Source: Felis catus
Taxonomy: Eukaryota
Direction of reading: 5' to 3'
Assembly: GCF_018350175.1 (NCBI RefSeq)
Contig: NC_058368.1
Coordinates: 42,906,001 to 42,970,000, forward strand
Length of the DNA stretch: 64,000 nt
The notes under the pieces are model-generated. The model made no database searches, was not told the origin of the DNA, and saw only the letters and a program-made list of their open reading frames with translations. Every line of letters starts with the position of its first letter. Positions within the stretch are counted from its first letter, which is position 1. Made by a program: the position numbers and the translations under genes. Positions 1 to 12,574 of this stretch are shown here, one piece after another.

Positions 1-103
1 TCGTGTTTTTCTTTTTATATATAAATGAATACTACTATTCTAGAGAAAACTTTATTTTTCTCTATCAAGTAGCTATTCTTCACCTAACCATGACAACACA
101 GGA

Positions 104-330
104 TTTTTTATTTAAAAAAATTTTTTTTCTTAATGCTTATTTATTTTTGAGAGAAAGAGAGACAGAGACAAGTTGGGGAGGGGCAGAGAGAGAGGGAGAC
201 ACAGGATTCAAAGGCTCCAGGTTCTGAGCTGTCAGCACAGAGCCCGACATGGACCTGGAACCCACAAACCGTGAGATCATGACCTGAGCCGAAGTCGGTC
301 ACTTAACCCACGGAGCCACCCAGGAGCCCC
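104..330 (-). mobile_element. CAN-SINE (SINEC, feline type)
   Basis: T-rich tail, (GA)n body, reverse-complemented head ...gagccacccaggagcccc; degenerate TSD aggatttttta/aggactttgta. Confidence 0.95.
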
Positions 331-589
331 TAGGACTTTGTATTTTTATTCATTCGATTAATTTTCCTTTGCCAGTCCACTAAGTGGAAAATAATTTTCG
401 TTTACATTTTTTTAATCAACCTTAAGGGCAGCCATATCTTCATTTGTTTATTATTGAGCCACTTTCTGAGGAATCATCTTCTACTCCATGTACGTTAATT
501 ATTTGCTTCTCCGCCGCTTCTTGTTGCTTAAGATACATTTACTTCCTCATTTTCTTTTTTTAAGTAAAGTACAAAATATTTTTGGCTCA

Positions 590-975
590 GGTTTGGAATA
601 GACTCAGACCCCATTTTTGATGTTTGACCACTGACGGCGTTCAGGCCCCATCGCTAATGCTCTCCCTTTTGCCCCACATCAGGGAAAGCCCATAAGAAAG
701 CCCCAGTATTACTTCCCTTGGCTCAAATACTGGCTTACACATGAACTCTGATCCAGTCACAACCTCTAAACACAAACGAAGCCAGAGTCATCTGACCATG
801 CCCCACTTTTCCTGTTTCCCCACGTGGAGCCTGAATCCTTGCAAAATAATTTTGCTGTTTACTATATGAGTAATAAACTTCTGATCCATTGTACACGTAT
901 GTCATTTATTCCAATATCCATAATATCCTGGAGGAGGGGGCAGCTTCCCAGCCTCCAGCAGGGAATGTTGAAAGC
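590..975 (+). mobile_element. Ancient ERVL-type solo LTR (MER74/MER73/MER54-like)
   Basis: Motifs gaccccatttttgatgtttgac and gccccacatcagggaaagcccataagaaagccc resemble the recalled MER74-group consensus; AATAAA near 872; boundaries approximate. Confidence 0.55.
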
Positions 976-992
976 CCAAATTAGGTAGTGCT

Positions 993-1326
993 TGTCTTAG
1001 TCTGATTAGGCTGTTATTACAAAATATCATACACCGAGTGGCTTATAAAAAACAGAAATTAATTTCTCACAGTTCTGGAGGCTGGAAGTTCAAGATCAGA
1101 GTGCCAGTTTGGTTGGGTGAGGGCCCTTTTCCAGGTTGCAGACTTCTTGTATCTTCACATTGTAGGAGGCGCATGTGAGGCCATATTATGAAAGCATTAA
1201 TCCCATGTATGAAGGCTCTTCCTTCATGACTTAATCACCTTCCAAAAGTCCTTCTAATACCATCACATTGAACATTAGGATTTCCAGTATGGATTTTGGA
1301 GGCACACAAACATTCAGATTATGGCA
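993..1326 (-). mobile_element. MaLR solo LTR (MLT1A0-like)
   Basis: tgtcttagtc...aacagaaattaatttctcacagttctggaggctggaagttcaagatc...cacaaacattcagattatggca matches the MLT1A-type reverse consensus. Confidence 0.9.
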
Positions 1327-3247
1327 ATATTCTATTTAATTAAGACTTTATTACTGTACCCTAGACAAGCCATTGATTTTCTTTGGGATTCTATACACAG
1401 TGCAGGATGTTGTACTCAAACATAAAAACTTAGGATGCAAGAATATCAGTAAATGCTAATGAACAGTGGTTTAACATTTTTTACACCACTCTATTAAAGT
1501 GGCATTGCCACTTTTTATTCAGGGCTCAGTTTTTAAAGTCCTCAAGCACTCATCACAGCTGTGTTCTTATTAAAATAATGATAAAGTATACATTAAGTAT
1601 ACTACTAAATTTATGTATTTTAGCTCATTTAATACTCACAATAAATGGTAGCAGTATTAGTAGTATGATTTTACAGATTAATATATTAGGCACCAAAACG
1701 GCTCTTATTAAGAATCTCAGGACAGACAGTCTAAGACACACACTTACCGTAGCTAGATAAAAATTGATAGGAATCCCACATTTGACATAACTTGCTGTCT
1801 TCTCACAAACTTTAGGTAGTCTCATAAATATTATCCAATAGTGTGATAACTAGTGTAAAATACAAAGGAAAAAGATAAGGTGGATTAACCAAGAGTTAGT
1901 GTGTACTCCTTGAAACAAAGCCAAAGACAATAAGTACAATTTTGAATAAGTAAAACAAGCAAAAAGGGGAACATTTTAGTAATATTCTATTGTTGCTATA
2001 TCTTCATGAGATCTTACCTACTATCTGTTGAAAGTGTAGTCCAGATGCTTCATTCTGTTTGAGGCACTAAAGTATTAAACCTCATTATAATAAATGCATC
2101 ATGGCAAATGTAAACAATTAAAATCAGAAAAAGAATGCTTTGTTTTCTCTTTCTTAAGTGCCCATGATTACATTCCCTGGATTTGCAGAAGAGATATTTG
2201 TAATTGTCAAAAATGTAGATACAATTGAATAATCCCCTATGTTTCAAAGGTAAAAAAAAAAATCAAGTAGTTCTACATTGTTTGGCCCCCAGTAACGTAT
2301 GCAAGACTCATTCTGTAGTTATCGCCCTTTCATCTCTATAAATAGTGCCAGTATTTGATAGTTTCATTAATCAAAGACAAAATCTTGACCACAAATTTTA
2401 GAAATGCCAAGTTGCAAGTGGCATGTAGTTTTGGTGATGAATGGAATAATTTCTCCATGAGTACAAATTGAAATGAAAGCTGATAAAATACTAAAGTATT
2501 AGGTTTTAAATATATTTGAGAGATCAGTTTATAGCTAATAAAGTTAAAATCCAAATAATTTAAGTGGTTTATGTTTAATCACACAGATGATGATTGTCAG
2601 AGTAAGGATTACAACACTGATTTCTATCCTAGGTATTACAGCAGCTCTCTAATACTGAAGGAGCACAGACTAAGTGTCAGGGTTTAAGCTCAGAACTGAG
2701 AGCATGAAGGGGTAAGAAAACCTATCTCCTTTTGCACTATCTAATATTTTTGGAAGATTTGAATGATTGACTGCAGATAATTTCCCAGTTAAATTGACTT
2801 AGTCCTAAAAAGTAACTGAATGACCAATTAAAAGAAATCAGATACTATGGCAATCCACAGACCTGGATTCTATCTTAATTAATTAATTGATTGATTGATT
2901 GTTAGAAGAGCTTAGTCCTCTACTGATTTGAGTCAGTGATCTCATGGTACCACTTGAAAGATTACAGTGAGGGAGGAGCTAAGTTAGTGCAGTTAAAAAA
3001 AGGTAAAATAAGTGAAGTTGCACTCAACATTTTTTATCATTTCAAATTCTGTGCAGTTCTTCCCTCAACTATTGCCCAATTAAACGGGACAAAGTCCAGT
3101 TATTCCAAGGGAAGTTATTTCCAAGGATAGCAGGCAACCATGTTTTATTTCTCTTACCCTGAAAAAATGTGGAATTTTAGTCAACATCGTTACTGTGCAG
3201 AACTGTACATGTAATTTTATTGTTTTAGCATATGCTATGTTATTTTC

Positions 3248-3356
3248 ATTATTTATTTATTTTTTTAAGTAATCTCTGTGCCCAATGTGGAGCTTGAGCT
3301 CATGACCCTGAGATCAAGAGTCACATGCTCTACTGATTGAGCAAACCAGGCGCCCC
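3248..3356 (-). mobile_element. Short older CAN-SINE (tRNA-derived head plus tail)
   Basis: catgaccctgagatcaagagtcacatgctctactgattgagc...ccaggcgcccc; TSD-like tatgttatttt/tatgtaatttt. Confidence 0.9.
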
Positions 3357-4604
3357 TATGTAATTTTAATTACAAATATTCATTAATAAGAAAGCTGCTT
3401 AAGTATCAAACAGGAAAAATTTTAAAAAGTTAATAATTTTTGTCAACTTGGTAAGAAAGACTTGCAAAAAAATGACCTCCAAAAAACTCTCTATATTTAC
3501 ATTTGGATACATGTAATATAAACATGAGACAGTTGATAGTTTCTAATTTATTCTGATGTAAGGTGGATTTGACTTAAAATGAGAAGGTGGTGAGATATAA
3601 TGAGAAAAATACATAAGGATTCGGGACAATGAGTATTGAAATCTGCTTATATCTAATTAAATAGATGTGGGGCAGCCATATCACCTTTCTATTACTGTGC
3701 TCTCTCTCCTGTATAAACAGAATTATTTAGACACACAATCTTTCAATCCCCTCTTTCAATATTTTGTCAGAGACTACTACCTGTCCTCTTTTTTCAGAAC
3801 ATTCATTTATCATGTATACCTAGTTCTAAATTATGCAGCAACAAATCCTTCAAAATTAAAACGCAGATTGATTTTGCATGACTACCAAAGAGAGGAGCAG
3901 AAGTTCTGCCTTTCTTGTTGTAGCAGAACAGGCAGGTAAACTATAAATAAAGAGCCATTTGGTGTTTAACTGCAAGTTGGATTTAACTCTCTTAACGCGA
4001 TTGAGATGCCAATAACCTAGCACTAGGGCGACTTACTGGGTTCCAGAGCTCAAAATGTTTCCATAGACTGCCCATCTGTTACTTAATTTTAATGATGTCT
4101 ATGTATTTAAGTAGATAATAATAAACTCTCCTACTGAAAGTGAAACCGAGTCTTGCGCTTTTGATTTTATCGAAGTAAGTTTAAAGTTAGTAGACTATGA
4201 GCTATATAAGAAAACATGTTGATATCTGCTTGTCCTCATTCATGGTCATATAACAACTTCCATGAAAGTAAATCAGTAGACTAAAAAATAGCAGTTTAAA
4301 ATTTATTTCAGAATCTGAAATTCAAGTAATGATTTCAGGGCAAATTATTTTTTAAGTTTTATTTTAAATTTGAAGTAGAAAATTGATGCTCCCTTTGTAC
4401 AACTGAGAAGCCATGCATTCATAAAGCCAATCTCTACCATCGATGAAACACAGAAACTATATACATCTGAAACACTAAAATAGTATAAAATGAAATGTCA
4501 ATTATTCTCAATGTTTAAAGTAAGGAAATAACTGTGCTCCAATTTTTCTCATAAAGAACTTTTATTCTGACTAGTTAATTACTTTGCATTTCAGATATAG
4601 ATTT

Positions 4605-4728
4605 TCTTTTTGTTTTAGTGAGAACTAATTAACATATATCACTGTATAAGTTTAAGGCATACAGCATGATGGTATGAGCTACAAATATTATAAAATGATG
4701 AACACGCAAGGTTCAGCTAACATCCACA
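4605..4728 (-). mobile_element. Short L1 3'-terminal fragment
   Basis: aattaacatatatcactgtataagtttaaggcatacagcatgat resembles the reverse strand of L1 3' termini. Confidence 0.6.
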
Positions 4729-7700
4729 GATTGTTGAGTGCCAACTGATAGCAAGGCAAATCAACGGGCAGCTGCTTGGGATGTACAAAATAAGAAGTAA
4801 TTGGAATAAGTATGTTAAGCTAACTGAACTCTCTACACAGGGTGCTTTACATGAACTATGAAGTCAAAATTGTAGCTTATTCTCACATAGTAGGTAACTA
4901 CATTTAGTAAGAAAAAAGAGGAGGAAAGCACTCTTCACTGGTACGGAAGCCACCAACACTAAGGAAATGTTGGAAGTTATTGGCAGAATGTAGAATATGA
5001 AGAAGCAGCAAATTATTAGCAGCCATTCTCATGTCTGTTCATGGTTTAGAGTCAGCAAAATTCATTGTAAAAATTTTCATATAAAAGTTAAATAGGTAAC
5101 AATGTCTTTTAGATAGTAAATAACTATAATGAATTTCTTAAATAATAGGTAATAAATTGGCTCACATGGTAATCTTAGTTTACAAAATTTAGAGAGGCAA
5201 TTAAGATTTTACCATCTTCCTTTTTAGCCAATCTATGTAATTTGTCAATATGTTTGTGATGGGTTATGCTTTCTGAGTATAGAGACTAAAATTTGTGTAA
5301 TAAGAAAATGAAATTTGAATACTCATCATTACATTGCTTAAAAACCATTACTATATGTACATGTATGTAATACATAACACACATATATGATTTTGAACTT
5401 ACTGAACAAGGTGAATTCAGCTTTAATAAATGACTTGAACAAATTAGGAACTTGCCTAAATAACTGATAATATTAGTTTCTAGACAATGAGACATGAAAA
5501 AGAAAGAACAAGAAATTTCAACTGAAACAGGAATTTGGAGAATAAGGACAGATTTTTCAGCATATCATGATCGGAATAAAAGGAAACTGGATACTAAGCT
5601 TTAGATAGTGACTGTTTTGGAAACAGATGTGGAAGTTTGATGGAGACATCATAAAGAAAGTAAAAGCACTGAACAGATTATGTATATGGAATTACAAAGT
5701 CTATACATAGCTAGATATAACTCTAAATAACATATTAGAAGAAGTAACCTCAGGAAACTGTTGAATTAAACAGGGGGCAAGTAAAAACTGAATGAACTAA
5801 ATTACTGGTTTCAGCTATTTCAGCTCCAACATGTCAGTCTGGAATGTGTCACTCCCATACTTAAAACAACAACAATAAGAAAGCTGGACAAAGGAAAAAA
5901 CAATGACTTATTTTAGACCCATCAGAAATCTGAGGTGTGACAGGGAAAAATGTCTATTCTGAAATAGACAGTTGCATCCAGAGGGACACAACCAAGATCT
6001 ACTTAGCCTGAGCAGCAGTCACTGGAGATATCAACTGGTAGGAATAGATAAAAGGTTACTTTGATGAGGCTAGAGCTGAGTTTTGACTAGCATAAGACTG
6101 AGAAACTCATTTGGAGCTACAATCTTACTGGGACCCCCAAACTTCCGTGGATTCATCTTGGAATCCCATCAGATTTTAATGGAGAAAAATAGAGAAGGAT
6201 CCCCTCATTGCTCTGTCAGGAGTAGGGGAAGAATAATCATGGTGAAATATACTCAGAACTTTTTCTATAAAAAGATGTACTCTTTAGGGGAAAAGATTTT
6301 GCAAGTGCCTTATTCTACCTGGGCGGAGTGCATTTCTTCCACACGGACTGACCCTTTTATCTTAGCTGTCCCATATAAGTGGTGGGAAGGGGGGACTCAG
6401 CTGAGGTCATGGCTTCATAGATCTTCTTGGAACAGGAAGTCTGCAGCCAGGGAGAAGAGTGGGAGTTTGGGGCATGATCTGGGGGCTAGATCACTAGTGA
6501 AATAGTTGTAAAGATTACAGCTCAGGGGCACAAAAATCAATGAGCTTAAAAATAGACCAAGAGAAACTTCCCAATGTGAAATGCAAAGAGAAAAAAAAAA
6601 ATCAAAAACTGTTGGGAGGGGGCATTGAGGAGGGGGTTGAGGGAGGTGGAGAACGGAATGTACAAGAACTGTGGGACAAATTCAAAAAGTGTAACATGAT
6701 AACACGGATCACTGGAGTTGCAGAAAGAGAAAATAGAGCAGAAGAAATAATTTAAGTAACAGTGTTTGAAAACTTCCCAAAATTAATGACAAATACAGAA
6801 CCACATACAGGAAGCTCAGGGAACATCATGCAGAATACATATCTAGATACGCCCCCCCCCCCAAAAAAAAACAAAACTACAAAACAAAACAAAAAACTAG
6901 TTATTTTATATTCAAACTGCAGAAAAGAAAGATGAAAAAAAAATCTTGAAAGATCAAGAAGTGAAAATACCTATAGAGGAACAAGGATAAGAATCATAGT
7001 GAACATTTTGTTAGAAACCATGCAAGCCAGAAGTAGAACAAGTGGACATCCACATGCAAAAAGAAAAAAAAAATGAATCCAGACACAGACTTTACACCCT
7101 TCACAAAAATTAGCTCAAATGGATCACAGACCCAAATGTAAAGTGCAAAATTTTAAAAGTCCTAGAAGATAACATAGGAAAATATCTAGATGACCTTGAG
7201 AATTGTGATGACTTTTTGGATACAACATCAAAGGCACAATCCATGAAAGAAATAATAGGTAAGCTGGACTTCACTAAAATTAAAAACTTCTGCTCTGCAA
7301 AAGATAATGTTAAGAGAAAGAGAAGACAAGCCACAATCTAGGAGAAAATATTTGCAAAAGACATATCTGATAAAGGAATTTTACCTAAAACATACAAAGG
7401 ACTCTTAAAATTGAATAAGAAAAACAAGCAACATGATTAAAAAATGGGTGAAAGACCTTAACCCACCAAAGAAAATATACAGATGGTAAACAAACATATG
7501 AAAAGATGCTCCACGCTATATGCATTCGGGGAAATGAAAATTTAAACAACAATGAGATACTACTACATACCTGTTAGAATGGTCAAATTTGGAAATTGAT
7601 AAACTCATGTCACATGTGGGTACAGGTTAACAACCCTGCAACTGCTATACAAGTGTACTAGAATTGAAAAAATAACTAAACCGATTGTAGATAGTGGAGC

Positions 7701-7814
7701 AGAGTCATCACTGTTGGAGAGGGGGATGAGCAAAGAGAGCAGGTCATAATGATTCATGTGGTAATGGGTTAAAGTTAGACATGAGTAGGAACTCATGTTT
7801 AGCTTAAAATAGAT

Positions 7815-8472
7815 GTAGCCACTCTGGAAAACAGTGTGGGGGTTCCTCAAAAAATTAAAAATAGACCTACCCTATGACCCAGCAGTAGCACTGCTAGGAA
7901 TTTACCCAAGGGATACAAGAGTACTGATGCATAGGGGCACTTGTACCCCAATGTTTATAGCAGCACTCTCAACAATAGCCAAATTGTGGAAAGAGCCTAA
8001 ATGTCCATCAACTGATGAATGGATAAAGAAATTGTGGTTTATATACACAATGGAGTACTACGTGGCAATGAGAAAGAATGAAATATGGCCCTTTGTAGCA
8101 ACGTGGATGGAACTGGAGAGTGTTATGCTAAGTGAAATAAGCCATACAGAGAAAGACAGATACCATATGGTTTCACTCTTATGTGGATCCTGAGAAACTT
8201 AACAGAAATCCATGGGGGGGGGGAAGGAAAAAAAAAAGAGGTTAGAGTGGGAGAGAGCCAAAGCATAAGAGACTCTTAAAAACTGAGAACAAACTGAGGG
8301 TTGATGGGGGGTGGTAGGGAGAGGAGGGTGGGTGATGGGTATTGAGGAGGGCACCTTTTGGGAATAGCACTGGGTGCTGTATGGAAACCAATTTGACAAT
8401 AATTTTCATATATTGAAAAAAATAAAAAATAAAAATAAATAAATAATAAATAAATAAATAAATAAATAATAA
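7815..8472 (+). mobile_element. Young 5'-truncated felid L1 (end of ORF2, 3'UTR, A-rich tail)
   Basis: Perfect TSD AAAATAGAT at 7806-7814 and 8473-8481; (TAAA)n tail; open ORF2 end. Confidence 0.95.
7834..8193 (+). pseudogene. L1 ORF2p C-terminal remnant (no promoter or 5' part)
   Basis: LPYDPAVALLGIYP...CTPMFIAAL...WKEPKCPS...WIKKLW...TMEYY...WMELE is the conserved L1 ORF2p C-terminus, ending at its natural stop. Confidence 0.92.
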
Positions 8473-8667
8473 AAAATAGATCCATGGGTCACAGATGGTA
8501 AAAAAAAAATTGATACCAATTTTTATTGCTCACAGAATATTTACAAATATGTGTATATACACTGGTCAGTATACACATATATTCTCTGACTCTGTCAACT
8601 TACAGGATCTAGAGGCATAACATCCCAGTAGTAGCAAGCACACTTAGAACTCAGAAATGTAATTTTA

Positions 8668-8736
8668 AAACTTTTTTTTAAATTTATTTATTTTGAGAGT
8701 GAGAGGGAGGGAGGGAGCACAAGTGGAGAAGGAGGA

Positions 8737-8788
<52 letters not shown>

Positions 8789-8932
8789 AAGAGAGAGAGA
8801 ATCCCAAGCAGGCTCCATGCTGCCAGTGCAGAGCCCAATGCAGGACTGGAACCCATAAACCATGAGATCATGACCTGAGCTGAACCAAGAGTCAGATGCT
8901 CAACTGACTGAGCCACCCAGGCGCCCCCCCCC
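8668..8932 (-). mobile_element. CAN-SINE
   Basis: (GA)n body and head gagccacccaggcgcccc. Confidence 0.95.
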
Positions 8933-8940
8933 ATATATGT

Positions 8941-9398
8941 ATTATTTTATTTTATTTTATTTTATTTTATTTTATTTTATTTTATTTTATTTTATTTTAT
9001 TTTTATTTTATTTCATTTTATTTTATTTTATTTTATTTTATTTTATTTTATTTTCATCCAAATTAGTTAGCTATAGTGCAATGATTTCAGGAGTAGATTC
9101 CTTAATGCCCCATACCCAATTAGCCACTCATCCCCCACTTCCACAACCCCTCAGCAACCCTCTGTTTGTTCTCCATATTTAAGAGTCTCCTATGTTTTGT
9201 CCCCCTCCCTGTTTTTTGTATTATTTTTGTTTCCCTTCCCTTATATTCATTTGTTTTGTCTCTTAAAGTCCTCATATGAATGAAGTCATATGATATTTGT
9301 CTTTCTCTAATTTCGCTTAGCATAATACCCTCCAGTTCCATCCACGTAGTTGCAAATGGCAAGATTTCATTCTTTTTGATTGCCGAGTAATACTCCAT

Positions 9399-9444
<46 letters not shown>

Positions 9445-9826
9445 ACTTCTTTATGCATTCATCCATTGATGGACATTTGGCTCTTTCCATACTTTGGCTA
9501 TTGTTGATAGTGCTGCTATAAACATTGGGGGTGCATGTGTCCCTTCGAAACAGCATACCTATATCCCTTGAATAAATACCTAGTAGTGCAATAGCTGGGT
9601 CTAGGGTAGTTCTATTTTTAGTTTATTGAGGAACCTCCATCCTGTTTTACAGAGTAGCTGCACCAGCTTGCATTCCCACCAACAATGCAAAAGAGATCCT
9701 CTTTCTCTGCATCCTCGTCAGCCTGAGTTGTTAATGTTAGCCATTCTGACAGGTGTAAGGTGGTATTGATTTGTATTTCCCTGATGATGACTGATGTCGA
9801 GCATTTTTTCATGTGTTGGTTGGCCG
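8941..9826 (-). mobile_element. 5'-truncated carnivore/felid L1 with (TTTTA)n tail
   Basis: Minus-strand ORF2 end YTMEYYSAIKKNEILPFATTWMELEG; tail repeat at 8943-9054; internal (TA)n near 9403-9441. Confidence 0.93.
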
Positions 9827-9962
9827 TATCTGTATTTTTAATACCATTCTCCAAAAACAGGAACTAGGGTTCCTTGGAGGAATGGCTGATTCTAGGTCTG
9901 GGGAGGAAGCAAGATGAGCCTGGACCACCTCACTACACCAGAAAGTAAGGAAATGGTAAGCC

Positions 9963-10007
9963 TGCACGCGCACATGTGTGTGTGTGTGTGTGTGTGTGTG
10001 CGCACGT

Positions 10008-10039
<32 letters not shown>
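9963..10039. repeat. (TG)13-CGCACGTGCA-(CA)n compound, near-palindromic microsatellite
   Basis: Read directly from the sequence. Confidence 0.97.
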
Positions 10040-10042
<3 letters not shown>

Positions 10043-10601
10043 GTGATGTGGGTTTGTCAAAGAGACAACGGGACACAGGAATCAAGTAAAAGAGCTCTGA
10101 GTGGACAAAGCTGAAAAAATTAAATATCCATGAGACTATAATAATAATTAAATGATTGAGTAAACAAATGAATGTAGAAGAATATCACATATACATAATT
10201 TATGTAGGTACTACACCCTAATGAGGTAGTGCCTAACCCTCACTACTGCACTGTGGCTTGTGCATAGTGACTTCCTTTCAAAGATCACAATATGGAAAGC
10301 ACAAAAGAAGTCACTGTAAGTGGAGAAACCTGACAAACACTACCTAAGCCAAGTGATTAAGGTCAACATTGACAATGACAAGTCATGTTGAGAATATGCA
10401 CCTTTAATATGCTGTGATGAAAATGGAACTTTACACAAATACATAACCCAATTCTAAATATAAGGAACACTCAGAACAATCCAAATTGAAGGATATTCTA
10501 TAAAATACCTGATCAGCATTTCTTAAAATGCACAAAGTCATCAAAAGCAAGGTAAGGCTGAGAACCATCATCGCCAAGAGTAGCCTAAACATACAGGCTG
10601 A

Positions 10602-11078
10602 TGTCAAGACTCCCTTCCCAACCTAATTCTAGTTAGGCTCCTATAAGCCCTTTAGGCCTCAACCTGGGCCTTGGTGTCTGTACTTGTGGGATCTGTACTG
10701 CCAAGTTATAGCAAGGATTTTATTAAGTCAGTCAGAGGGAACTCCCCACCCCCCCACTTCAATATCTGATCCCCTACCATATCTGATCTAATTCTTCATC
10801 CTCTATCAAGCCCCAGATGATCTAATCAACCTGGATGCCCTTGGCAAGAATCCTGTAAGGCCTGTTAACCAGAATCCTCCCTTTACCCCTCATGTTTCCT
10901 TTTAAGAGTTTTCCATCCACTGATGTCCACCTTGCTCCTTGGCTACAAATCCCCAGTTGCCATGTCATATTCAGGATTAAACCCAGTTATGCACTGAGGA
11001 CTCTTCTATGACAGTAGTTCTTGAATAAAATCTATTTTACTGTTTTAACTGTTGCCTGGCTCTGTGTTTTCTTTGATA
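10602..11078 (+). mobile_element. ERV1 solo LTR (MER31/MER67-like)
   Basis: Starts tgtcaagactcccttcccaacctaattctagttaggctcc; AATAAA near 11024; interrupts the L1MC 3'UTR; possible TSD ctga/atga. Confidence 0.75.
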
Positions 11079-11379
11079 ATGATTAAATGCAATTTGGTAA
11101 CCTGGATTGGATCCTGGAACAGAAAAAGGACATTAGGTAGAAACTAAAAAATTCTGAATAAAGTATAGACTTTGGGGTTAATAATATATCAATATTGGTT
11201 TATTACTTGTAACAAGTATGCTCTACTAATACAAGCTAGTGCATTTACTAAGGTATTTAGGAACTCTCTGTTACCTTTGAAATTTTTCTGCAAATATAAA
11301 ACTATTCTAAAACTAAAAGTTTATTGACAAAAACCAATGAACCAGCCAAAAAGGACCAAAAAATACTGAATGAACTTTA

Positions 11380-11520
11380 ATGTCATGTAGACTTGGATTC
11401 TAGCTCTTAATTCAAGCCTCAGTTTCTTCACCTGTAAATGGGCATCACAATATATACATTTGTTAAAAGGATTTACTATTATAAACTTTCAAGTGTCTGC
11501 ATATATAATTATCAATGAAT
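11380..11520 (+). mobile_element. MIR fragment
   Basis: MIR core gcctcagtttcttcacctgtaaatggg. Confidence 0.7.
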
Positions 11521-11551
11521 ATTAATTATCTTTAACATTTTTTATTGTCTT

Positions 11552-11766
11552 TTTAAAAAGTTTATTTATTTATTTTGAGAAAGAGACAGAGAGCATGAGC
11601 AGGGGAGGGGAAGGGACAGAGAGACAGGGACAGAGAGAATCCCAAGCAGGCCCTGTGTTGTTAGTGCGGAGCCTGACGTGGGGCATGATCCCATGAATAG
11701 CAAGATCATGACCTGAGCCAAAACCAAGAGTCAGATGTTTAACCAACTAAGCCACCCAGGCACCCC
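11552..11766 (-). mobile_element. CAN-SINE
   Basis: Typical body and head; ttttttattgtctt repeated on both sides as TSD. Confidence 0.95.
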
Positions 11767-12574
11767 TATTTTTTTATTGTCTTGATTAAAAGTGATTACA
11801 ATTAATGACATTTAAACTCCTCATAAAAATTGATACATGGAATGCCTTACATACTTTTTTTGTCTTCCTACAAATTAAGTTGACCGATTTCATAGTATGT
11901 TCATTTTGGTAAATTTACCCTAAAAGGTAGGTTTGCCCATAAATTATTTATGAAAGATACAATATAACTCTAACTGTATTAATGTGCTTTAATTCTCTGA
12001 ATGCCCTTCAGGATTTAGAATCAGAAACTATTCTTCTTATGAAGAAAAACTTTATGGAAAACAATTGGGTGATAACGTTCTAGAATGAAGAATAGAAAGG
12101 ACTAATGATTAGGCAGATGAGAAGACAACAAAAGGAAAAATCACCGATTTCACATTTTTAAATATAGTAATGCTCGGACATTGTTAGTCAGAATGGAGCA
12201 AAGCAATGGCAACTGTATTATTTTATTCCTTAAACAATAGTTTATTGATTGCAAGCTTTCAGAGATGTGCTAGAGATTTTGTATGCACTGCACCACAATT
12301 CAATTTGAAGTTACAAGCTTATATACTGAAAAATCTCTCTTTCAAAATTATGTTCAGTATTTATCAGCATTCTGGTCTCCCTTAATCTCACCCAAATGCT
12401 CCTCCTGCTACATTCTCTATCGCACTGAGAGAGTCTACCATCCACTAAAGTGCCCAAGTCAGAACACCTGGCCTCAACACTTGGCCATTCCATTTCCTTT
12501 TCCACCATATCTATTCTTGCACCAAGTGTTCTTTTTTTCTTTCTATATATCTTCTAAAATTTCACTATACTATT

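Larger units (their letters stand above)
5810..11330 (+). mobile_element. Ancient L1 (L1MC2/3-like): 5'UTR, partial ORF1, late ORF2 and long 3'UTR; internally deleted and carrying four younger insertions
   Basis: ORF1-like peptide NVQELWDKFKKCNM (6540-6755); late ORF2 DNA at 7036-7600; L1MC 3'UTR motifs ataccattctccaa...ggaatggctgattctagg (9840) and cctggattggatcctggaacagaaaaaggacatt (11101). Confidence 0.8.

Noticed and set aside
2018..2066. Small minus-strand exon candidate (donor TAG|GTAAGA)
   Set aside because: Weak polypyrimidine tract; expected by chance.
3248..3356. tRNA-like sequence (also 45781-45879)
   Set aside because: Has a retroposon tail and TSD-like flanks with degenerate stems; it is a tRNA-derived SINE, not a tRNA gene.
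6083..6505. 140-aa ORF
   Set aside because: Lies in the decayed 5' region of an old L1, starts at TTG, and resembles no protein I recognise.
8665..9182. ERERER, SLSLSL and FILFY repeat ORFs (similar ones at 34230-34598, 48436-48711, 60243-60539)
   Set aside because: Translations of microsatellites and SINE bodies.
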